Assembly (NCBI GenBank): GCA_002898255.1
Contig: BEIE01000006.1
Coordinates: forward strand, 49,251-113,250
Direction of reading: 5' to 3'
DNA length: 64,000 bases
Source: a bacterium HR28
Lineage (GTDB): Bacteria; Chloroflexota; Chloroflexia; Thermomicrobiales; Thermomicrobiaceae
In this document: positions 56,171 through 64,000 of the stretch, one piece after another
Position numbering within the stretch: the first letter of the stretch is position 1
Layout: each line of letters begins with the position of its first letter
The notes under the pieces: generated by a model
Database searches by the model: none
What the model was told of the DNA's origin: nothing
What the model saw: the letters and a program-made list of their open reading frames with translations, nothing else
Position numbers and translations under genes: made by a program

Positions 56171-56868
56171 TCGGGTCTGATCGCTCAACTCCGGAGACTT
56201 CTCCCTCTCTCCATTCAGTGCACGTGCCGGAGCTCGTACTGCTGGCGGTCGGCGCCAACTGTGAGACGGAGACGTGGGCGGCCGAACGCCGCTGTACTTC
56301 TCTCCGGTGATATGTCCGCAAAACAGACCATGGAGGCGTGAGATGACGCTCATCGCAGCGGTGATCGCTCGGACTCTGCTGCTCGCGGGACGTTGACTGT
56401 GCATAGGCGAGGTGAGGGAGTCACCCTCCCTTGGCAAGAGAGGGAAGAACACCACTGTATCGGAGGGTGAAGAGGGTTGCAGCCCGCTGTGGCTAACGGC
56501 GTGATGGCGCATACCAAGCATGAGGGCGGGGCGGCCTGGTGGGTACCGCCCCGAAGAGAGGGGTAGAGAGGGGGAAACTGGAGGTGCAGAGAGGGTATTC
56601 GTACGCCGACTCGAGAGGAAGGCCGAGCCGGCAATTCAGTGCAGCGCACCGATCACCTCTCGGCATGAAGCCGTTCGTGTCTTGCGCTGCGAACGTCAGT
56701 GTAACGCAACATGGTCGCCGTGTCTGTCGGGAAAACTTAGACATCGACCTCGACAGTTCTGTGGCCGCGAGACTGCCGTGCTGTGACGATCCGGAGTAGA
56801 GTTAGGAGAGACAAGGAGCGGCCTCACGTCGTGAGGGAATCTGCGGGAGCGGTAGAGGGAGAGCGGCG

Positions 56869-59652
56869 ATGGTGACGCGAGGAAACGATCCGTTTGGCGC
56901 GAGGGGCATGCTGGAGACGCCGGAAGGGCGCGTGACCTATTTCCGGCTTGCAGCGGTCGCTGACCAGCTCGCGGTGCCGCTGGAGCAGTTGCCGTTCACC
57001 GTGAAAATTCTCCTGGAGAACGTTCTCCGCTACGCGGGAACGCCTCCATTCACGGAGGACGATGTAGCGCTCGTGGCGAGTTGGCGGCCGGGTGAAAAGG
57101 CGGCCCGAGAATTCCCGTTCCTGCCAGCCCGTGTGCTCCTCCAGGACTTCACTGGTGTGCCAGCGGTCGTTGACCTCGCGGCGATGCGAACCGCCGTTGC
57201 TCGACTCGGTGGCGATCCTGCCCGCATCAACCCACTGGTTCCAGTCGACTTGGTGATCGACCACTCTGTGCAGGTCGATGTCTTTGGGACGACGGTGGCG
57301 TTCCAGCGCAATGTGGAAAAGGAGTACGAGCGGAACCGTGAGCGCTATATGCTCCTGCGCTGGGCGCAGCAGGCATTCCGCAACTTCCGCGTTGTTCCAC
57401 CGGGAACAGGTATTGTGCACCAGGTCAACTTAGAGTACCTGGCGTCGGTCGTCGCGGTGCGGCAGCATGACGGAGAAGCGGTTGCATTCCCAGATACGCT
57501 TGTTGGGACGGATTCCCACACGACGATGATCAATGCGCTCGGGGTGTTGGGCTGGGGCGTCGGTGGGATTGAGGCCGAAGCGGTACTCCTCGGCCAGCCG
57601 ATCTACCTGCTCCTCCCAGAAGTCGTCGGGCTCCGCCTCGTCAATGAGCCGCCGGGTGGGGTGACAGCGACCGACCTCGTGCTCACCATTACGCAGCTTC
57701 TGCGGCAAGTGGGCGTGGTTGGGAAGTTTGTCGAAGTTTTTGGGCCGGGTCTGCGGCACCTGAGCCTCCCGGATCGGGCGACGATCTCCAACATGGCTCC
57801 AGAGATGGGTGCGACGGCGGTCATGTTCCCGATTGACGATGAGACGCTCGGCTACCTGAAGCTCACCGGGCGGAGCGAGGGGCACGTTCGGTTGGTCGAG
57901 GCCTATGCGAAGGAGCAAGGGCTCTTCCGTACTGCAGATGGGCCTGAGCCGGTGTTCGATCAGGTGGTTGAGCTGGATCTCGCGACGTTGGAGCCGAGCC
58001 TCGCTGGACCACGTCGGCCGCAGGACCGTGTCCGGCTCTCCGAGCTCCCAGCAAGTCTCCGGGCGGCCTTCCCGGAACAGTTCTCCCAGTCTCAGACGGA
58101 TCAAGAGCGGTTCGACTGGGAGGGTGGGACGGTGAACGAAGCGGAAGAGCCGAGCGAGCCGGTTGTGCCGGTCGGCCAGCGACGCAAGGTGGTCGATGTC
58201 CATCTGGATGGGCGGCATGTGGAACTCACGCATGGCTCGGTGGTGATCGCGGCGATCACGAGCTGTACCAACACCTCGAATCCCGAAGTGATGCTGGGGG
58301 CCGGCATCCTGGCAAAGAAGGCAGTCGAGCGTGGACTGGATACCAATCCGGCGGTGAAGACAAGCCTCGCACCGGGCTCGGGAGTGGTGACGGCCTATCT
58401 GGAGCGCGCTGGTCTCATGCCCTATCTGGAGGCACTGCGCTTCCACCTGGTCGGGTACGGGTGCACAACCTGTATCGGGAACAGTGGGCCGCTGCCCGAG
58501 CCGATCGCTAAGGCGGTGCAGGAGCATGAACTTGTCGTCGCGGCGGTCTTGAGCGGGAACCGCAACTTCGAGGGACGCATCCACCCACAAGTGCGGGCAG
58601 CCTATCTGGCCTCACCGCCACTGGTCGTCGCCTTCGCCATCGCTGGGCGCGTGGACATCGATCTCACGACTGAGCCGCTCGGCTACGACCCGAACGGGGA
58701 ACCAGTGTATCTCCGCGACGTCTGGCCGACGCCGGAAGAGATCCGCGAGGCGATGGAGAAGGCGATCGGGCCGGAGCTCTTCATTGAGCGGTATCGGGAA
58801 GTGTTCACCGGCGACGAGCGCTGGCGTTCCCTTCCGGTGCCAACTGGGGATCTTTACGAATGGGATCCGAACTCGACCTACATCCAGGAGCCACCTTTCT
58901 TCCAGGATCTTGCCCTTGAGCCACCGCCGCTGCATGACATCGAGCGTGCGCGCGTCTTGGCTTGGCTGGGAGATTCAGTGACCACCGACCACATCTCGCC
59001 GGCTGGTTCGATCCCTGTCAATAGCCCAGCCGGGCAATACCTCATCGCGCGGGGCGTGCAGCCGAAGGACTTCAACAGTTACGGTGCGCGACGCGGGAAC
59101 CACGAGGTGATGGTGCGTGGCACGTTTGCGAATATCCGCTTGCGCAACCGGCTCGCTCAGGGGCGCGAGGGCGGCTGGACGACGCATTTCCCGAGTGGGG
59201 AGTTGGTAACGATTTACGAGGCAGCGGTGCGCTATCAGATGGCAGGGACACCACTCCTCGTCATTGCCGGGAAAGAGTACGGGAGCGGGAGCTCGCGCGA
59301 CTGGGCGGCGAAGGGCCCGATGCTGCTCGGCGTGCGGGCAGTGCTTGCCGAGAGTTTTGAGCGGATCCACCGCAGCAACCTGGTTGGCATGGGCGTCCTG
59401 CCGTTACAGTTCCTGCCGGGCCAGAACGCGGAGTCGCTCGGCCTGAACGGGAGTGAGCGCTTCACTATCACGGGTATTGCGGATGGACTTGAGCCGCGCA
59501 AGCTCCTGACAGTGCGTGCTGAACGCGACGACGGCAAGGTGATCGAGTTCCAGGCGATCGCTCGGCTCGATACCGAGATGGAGATCGAGTACTACCGCCA
59601 CGGAGGGATTCTCACCTACGTGTTGCGACGATTACTCCGCGCTGAGGCCTAG
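56869..59652 (+). CDS. acnA: Aconitate hydratase A
   Basis: LQDFTGVP, IDHSVQ, DSHT, AAITSCTNTSNP, GCTTCIGNSG and GSSRDWAAKG motifs. Confidence 0.97.
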   Translation: MVTRGNDPFGARGMLETPEGRVTYFRLAAVADQLAVPLEQLPFTVKILLENVLRYAGTPPFTEDDVALVASWRPGEKAAREFPFLPARVLLQDFTGVPAVVDLAAMRTAVARLGGDPARINPLVPVDLVIDHSVQVDVFGTTVAFQRNVEKEYERNRERYMLLRWAQQAFRNFRVVPPGTGIVHQVNLEYLASVVAVRQHDGEAVAFPDTLVGTDSHTTMINALGVLGWGVGGIEAEAVLLGQPIYLLLPEVVGLRLVNEPPGGVTATDLVLTITQLLRQVGVVGKFVEVFGPGLRHLSLPDRATISNMAPEMGATAVMFPIDDETLGYLKLTGRSEGHVRLVEAYAKEQGLFRTADGPEPVFDQVVELDLATLEPSLAGPRRPQDRVRLSELPASLRAAFPEQFSQSQTDQERFDWEGGTVNEAEEPSEPVVPVGQRRKVVDVHLDGRHVELTHGSVVIAAITSCTNTSNPEVMLGAGILAKKAVERGLDTNPAVKTSLAPGSGVVTAYLERAGLMPYLEALRFHLVGYGCTTCIGNSGPLPEPIAKAVQEHELVVAAVLSGNRNFEGRIHPQVRAAYLASPPLVVAFAIAGRVDIDLTTEPLGYDPNGEPVYLRDVWPTPEEIREAMEKAIGPELFIERYREVFTGDERWRSLPVPTGDLYEWDPNSTYIQEPPFFQDLALEPPPLHDIERARVLAWLGDSVTTDHISPAGSIPVNSPAGQYLIARGVQPKDFNSYGARRGNHEVMVRGTFANIRLRNRLAQGREGGWTTHFPSGELVTIYEAAVRYQMAGTPLLVIAGKEYGSGSSRDWAAKGPMLLGVRAVLAESFERIHRSNLVGMGVLPLQFLPGQNAESLGLNGSERFTITGIADGLEPRKLLTVRAERDDGKVIEFQAIARLDTEMEIEYYRHGGILTYVLRRLLRAEA

Positions 59653-59700
59653 GACGAGCGCGCAAGACGTCAGCCGGGAGCAGATGGAAGGCACGAGGCG

Positions 59701-62391
59701 ATGCGAGAAGGATCCGCCGTCGTCGAAACGCGGCTTGAGAACGGTTTAACCGTTCTTGTCCAGCCGCTGCGGCACGCGCCGGTCGTCTCGTGCTGGATCT
59801 GGTATCGGGTGGGAAGCCGAAACGAGCCGCCAGGGCTGACTGGGGTCTCGCACTGGGTTGAGCACATGCTCTTCAAGGGGACACCGCGCTTCCCACCTGG
59901 CTCGATCTTCCGCCAGGTGAACCGTTGGGGTGGAACACTCAACGGCTTCACCTGGCTGGACTACACGGCCTACTTTGAGACGCTGCCGACGCCAGGGTGG
60001 GAGCTCGCACTCGAGATCGAAGCTGACCGTATGGTCGCGGCCAGCTTCGATCCGGCAGAAGTGGAACGCGAACGGACGGTCATCCTCTCCGAGCGTGCAG
60101 GCAGCGAGAACCAACCAGGCACGTATCTCCGCGAAGAAGTTGTGGCGGCAGCTTTCCGTGCACATCCGTATGGGCATCCGGTGATCGGCTACCGGGAAGA
60201 CTTGCTCCACATCACCCGTGATGAGCTCTATCAGCACTATCGCACGTTTTATCAGCCGAATAACGCGGTACTCGTTGTCGTCGGTGACGTCGAGCCCGTA
60301 GCTGCGCTCCAAGCGGTCGAGCACCACTTCGGAGGGATACCAGCCGGGACAATGCCGCCGGCGCTGCGGGTGACTGAGCCGGAGCAGTGGGGCGAGCGGC
60401 GGGTGACGGTACGTCGCCCAGCTCCGACAGCGCAGCTGCTTATGGCCTGGCGTGTGCCAGCAGCATCGCATCCCGACATACCGGCGCTGCTCGTGCTCGA
60501 TGCGGTACTTTCGGGTGGGAAGCCAGTCGCCTTCGGCGGTAGTGGGATGGGACGGAGCGCACGCCTTTACCGTGCACTTGTCGCCCCAGGGCTCTGTACT
60601 GCCGCTGTCTCGAGTATGTCGCTCACTCTGGATCCTTTCCTCTTCACGATTTCAGCGACGTTGACCCCACTGGTTGAACCGCGGAACGTCGAGCAGCTCG
60701 TCGATGACGTGGTGCGGCGTATCCGAGAGGATCCAGTCAGTGAGGAGGAGCTCGCCCGCGCGAAGCGCCAGCTTGCTGTCCAGTTCGCTGCGGCAAATGA
60801 GAGCGCGCAGAGCCGCGCGGCACTTCTCGGGTCGCTCGCAGTCGTATGTCCCGAGCGCTCACCAGAACAGCTCTGGCGGGAGATCGAGGCGGTGACGAGC
60901 GACGACCTCCTGCGTGTCGCAAATACATATCTGCGACCGGAGCGCCGCACAGTCGGTTGGCTTGAGCCGAGCCCAGAAGGCGAGGGGAGCCTGGGACAAG
61001 CAAGCGTTGTAGGAGCGCGATTCATTCCGCTGGCAGAGCCAGAGACGGTCGCGCCGCGCTACTGGTTCCGTGAGGTACCTGAAAGTTCCGCAGAACCGGT
61101 CGTGCTTCCACGGGTGCAGCTGGCACCAACTGCCGACTACTTGGCGAATGGGGCGTACTTCGTTGGGCAGGAGGTCTCGGCGAGCCGCCTGGCGGTCGTC
61201 AGCGTCCGAATACCAGCCGGTGCTGCCCGCGATGAGAAACGACCGGGGCTCGCCTATGTGACTGGGCAGCTCTTGTCGCGTGGGACGCGGCGGCGCGACG
61301 AGGCATCACTGAATGAGGAACTGGATCGGCTCGGTGCCACGCTGACAGTCGGGGTCGGTCGGGATGCTGTTGACGTGAGCCTGAGCTGCCTCGTTGAGGC
61401 GCTCGATGCGGCGTTGCCGCTCTTTGCCGAGGTCCTGTTGGAGCCAGCATTCCCGTCCGAGCAGTTGGAGAGCGTTCGACAGCAGGCGCTTACCGCCTTA
61501 CGGCAGGCGGAACAAAGCACGCGTGCGCGAGCCGATGCGCTGTTGCGCGCCTTGATTTACCCACCCGGTCATCCCTATCACCATCGGGTGCTCGGAACGG
61601 AGGAAACGCTGGAGACGCTCTCGTCCGAAGAGGTGCGGGCCTTTCACGAGACGTTCTATCGTCCGGCAGGGGCAGTGGTTGCGGTGGCTGGTGGGGTGGA
61701 TCTCGGCCGGGTGCGGGCGTCGCTTGAGCAGGCCCTCGCGTCTTGGCAGGGAGAGGCACCGCGCCTGGCGATCCCGACCGTGGAGCCGTCGGCACAGGGG
61801 CAGCGCCGCAGTGAGACGCTGCCAGCGAAGCAGCAGGCCGATGTGGCGCTCGGTATCGTCACGGTGCCGCGGCAGCATCCGGACTTTGAGGCACTCCGCC
61901 TTGCCAACGTTGTCTTGGGACGGCTCGGCCTCATGGGCCGGATTGGTGCGCGTGTGCGTGAACGCTCGGGCCTGGCGTACTATGCGGCGAGCACATTGGA
62001 GACGGGTGTGGGACCCGGCTACTGGAGCGCCTACGCAGGAGTTGCGCCGGTTCATGTGGAGCGTGTCATTGCGGAGATTGTGGAAGAGATCGAGCGATTC
62101 CGTGAGGAGGGACCGGAAGCACGAGAGCTTGCCGACGCCAAGACGGCGCTCGCTGGAACGATTGTGCTCGGGCTCGCGACGACTGGCGGAGTGGCTGGAG
62201 CACTGCTTGACCTCGCGTTCTATGGGCTGGGGTTGGACTATTTGGAGCGGTTACCCGACCTCCTTGCTGGTATCGATGAGACAATAGTCCGTGACGCGGC
62301 GCTGCGTTACCTTGATCCGCAGCGTCTGCACATTGTCGTCGTTGGCCCGAGCCAGGAGACAGCGCTCTCGGCCTCAGAACCGCAGCGGTAA
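59701..62391 (+). CDS. M16 family zinc peptidase (fused active and inactive halves)
   Basis: HWVEHMLFKGT (HxxEH) in the first half; the second M16 domain lacks the motif and has VRERSGLAY. Confidence 0.92.
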   Translation: MREGSAVVETRLENGLTVLVQPLRHAPVVSCWIWYRVGSRNEPPGLTGVSHWVEHMLFKGTPRFPPGSIFRQVNRWGGTLNGFTWLDYTAYFETLPTPGWELALEIEADRMVAASFDPAEVERERTVILSERAGSENQPGTYLREEVVAAAFRAHPYGHPVIGYREDLLHITRDELYQHYRTFYQPNNAVLVVVGDVEPVAALQAVEHHFGGIPAGTMPPALRVTEPEQWGERRVTVRRPAPTAQLLMAWRVPAASHPDIPALLVLDAVLSGGKPVAFGGSGMGRSARLYRALVAPGLCTAAVSSMSLTLDPFLFTISATLTPLVEPRNVEQLVDDVVRRIREDPVSEEELARAKRQLAVQFAAANESAQSRAALLGSLAVVCPERSPEQLWREIEAVTSDDLLRVANTYLRPERRTVGWLEPSPEGEGSLGQASVVGARFIPLAEPETVAPRYWFREVPESSAEPVVLPRVQLAPTADYLANGAYFVGQEVSASRLAVVSVRIPAGAARDEKRPGLAYVTGQLLSRGTRRRDEASLNEELDRLGATLTVGVGRDAVDVSLSCLVEALDAALPLFAEVLLEPAFPSEQLESVRQQALTALRQAEQSTRARADALLRALIYPPGHPYHHRVLGTEETLETLSSEEVRAFHETFYRPAGAVVAVAGGVDLGRVRASLEQALASWQGEAPRLAIPTVEPSAQGQRRSETLPAKQQADVALGIVTVPRQHPDFEALRLANVVLGRLGLMGRIGARVRERSGLAYYAASTLETGVGPGYWSAYAGVAPVHVERVIAEIVEEIERFREEGPEARELADAKTALAGTIVLGLATTGGVAGALLDLAFYGLGLDYLERLPDLLAGIDETIVRDAALRYLDPQRLHIVVVGPSQETALSASEPQR

Positions 62392-62726
62392 TATGCGCGC
62401 TGTGCGGCGGTCAATCCCACCGTTGTAGTGAGAACAGAGGGGCTGCAGTGCTTCTCCGCCCAGGCGGAACGAAAGCTCCTGTGACGCTTGCCCTCCTGGC
62501 GAGGCGATACAGCGGGCGAAGTGGTCTGCAGGTCGACGCCTGGCTTCACGCGGTTCCTTGGAGGTTGCTTGTCCGCCACAGCGGGCAGGGCCGTGCCTGA
62601 TGCGAGGAGAGGATCACAGCGAGAGTGTCATCTGGCTCGGTTCGAGGCTCGACCAATTTCGGCAGATTTGGCAGAATCGGCCCGAGGTGGTGGATCGAGT
62701 TGCGTGGAAAGGGACGGAGCGAGAAG

Positions 62727-63392
62727 ATGAGTCTGATGCCACGCTACACGGTCTTCTGGCTTGCTGCGCTGGACCGCGAGCGTGTCCCGAGTGATGTGGA
62801 AATGGCGATCGCAGAGTTTGTGCAGTTGCTGGAGCGCAGCGAGGGGACGCAGCCCCGCGGGTCATATCTGTCAGTTGGTTTTCGCCCGGATGTCGATCTC
62901 ATTTTGTGGGTCTTAGGGCACGATCCAGCCTACATCCAGGATCTCGCGCTGGCGCTGCGGCGAACAGCGATTGGCCGAGCGTTGCAGCTACGCTACGCCT
63001 ACTTCGGTATGGCAGGGTCCTCGCAGTATGATCCGACCCATGGCCCGGCATTTCTCCGCGGAGTCCCCCCGAAACGGTATCTCAGCGTCTATCCCTTTGT
63101 GAAGACGCCAGAGTGGTATCTCTTGCCGTTTGAGGAGCGACGGCGTCTTATGGCCGAGCATGGGCGGCTCGGTGACGAGTTTCCGAGTGTGCTGACCAAC
63201 ACGGTCAATTCCTTCGGTGTTCAGGATCAGGAGTTCATCGTGGCTCTCGAGGACGATGACGTTGGGACGTTAATCACGATGGTGCAGCGTCTTCGGGCAG
63301 CCGAGGTACGGAAGTACACGCAGCTGGACACCCCGATCTTCCTCGGGCAGCGCTACGAGCCAGCGGAGGCGCTCCGGCGTCTACTCTCTTGA
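62727..63392 (+). CDS. Chlorite dismutase/coproheme decarboxylase (HemQ/ChdC-like)
   Basis: YPFVKTPEWYLLPFEERRRLMAEHG, SFG..DQEFIVA and DTPIF motifs. Confidence 0.8.
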   Translation: MSLMPRYTVFWLAALDRERVPSDVEMAIAEFVQLLERSEGTQPRGSYLSVGFRPDVDLILWVLGHDPAYIQDLALALRRTAIGRALQLRYAYFGMAGSSQYDPTHGPAFLRGVPPKRYLSVYPFVKTPEWYLLPFEERRRLMAEHGRLGDEFPSVLTNTVNSFGVQDQEFIVALEDDDVGTLITMVQRLRAAEVRKYTQLDTPIFLGQRYEPAEALRRLLS

Positions 63393-64000
63393 CCTGTAGC
63401 GAGTAAGAGAGCAAAGAGTGCTGCGGCGAGCGTCGCAAGCGCGTTGACGAGGTCGTTGGTCATCCCTGGAAGTCCACTGACCCGTCGGGCGCGGCCGGGG
63501 CAGTCATGCTGTGGAGTTTCGAGGATGCATTGGCAGTGAGAGCAGTGGTAGCGAGCTTGGAGCGTGGCTCCAAGGAGGCTATCGAGGATGGCTCCGAGAC
63601 TCCCGGCAGTGACAACTGGCCAACGTGGGAGGCTGCGGGGGGCGAGGAGGGCGACGAATGTGGCGCCACCGATCATGGCGAGGGACCCGAGAAGGGAGAC
63701 GGCACCGGAGGTGCCAGGTGGGACTGGGCGTCCGGTGCGAAGCGAGCGTGGTGGGCTGGGACTAAGCACACCAAGCTCGGTCGCCCACGTATCGGCCGAA
63801 GCGGCAGCGAGAGCGGCGAGATAGGGCAGCGTGTAGTCGCGGTCACCGGGGCGGAGGAGGTGGAGCACAGCAAGTGCGGCGGCGACGCCACCATTGGCCA
63901 GGACTTGCGTTGCGGTCCGTGGTCGACTCGCCTCGCGACCAAGGACGGCGAGGGCACGCTTGCGTGCCCCACCGAGACGGGTGAGCGCGCTGGCGGCGGC
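63353..64000 (-). CDS. DUF92 (TMEM19-like) membrane protein (partial; 5' end outside the window)
   Basis: QVLANGG, ADTWATELG, GTSGAVS, DSLLGATLQA and NDLVN motifs. Confidence 0.88.
   Translation of the reverse strand, partial: AAASALTRLGGARKRALAVLGREASRPRTATQVLANGGVAAALAVLHLLRPGDRDYTLPYLAALAAASADTWATELGVLSPSPPRSLRTGRPVPPGTSGAVSLLGSLAMIGGATFVALLAPRSLPRWPVVTAGSLGAILDSLLGATLQARYHCSHCQCILETPQHDCPGRARRVSGLPGMTNDLVNALATLAAALFALLLATGQESRRRSASAGS

Overview
GC-rich bacterial window. By inference it comes from a Thermomicrobium-like member of Chloroflexota: Tat lipoproteins with Ala/Thr/Pro linkers, a form I CODH and the general gene style point that way. Left to right it holds: a partial PrsW gene; a glutamine-synthetase-like/SDR/ethanolamine-permease operon; an IclR-regulated sugar-acid operon; a second carbohydrate ABC system; a FakA/PlsY/DegV lipid cluster; an SQR-like flavoprotein with DUF1641; a group 1l-like [NiFe]-hydrogenase operon with four small membrane proteins between the subunits; tRNA-Lys(CTT); MFS and GGDEF genes; a DosS-like heme-GAF two-component system with mocA and coxMSL/coxF-YHS; acnA; an M16 peptidase; a HemQ-like gene; and a partial DUF92 gene. 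The main hidden signal is four genes that the ORF track splits or truncates at an in-frame TGA. Each TGA sits where the family has a metal-binding Cys and is followed by a SECIS-like hairpin: a PCYCGC lipoprotein (UxxC), a CooC-like nickel ATPase heading the hydrogenase operon (UxC), and two tandem MerT-like membrane proteins (CU). The two MerT-like genes head an operon with a YtkA/FixH lipoprotein and a half-inactive Clp ATPase. That operon shares a 21-bp operator-like site with an adjacent XRE regulator carrying a Cys-rich tail, suggesting a selenoprotein-based metal-handling module. No selABCD genes are in the window, so Sec decoding must be confirmed from the rest of the genome.
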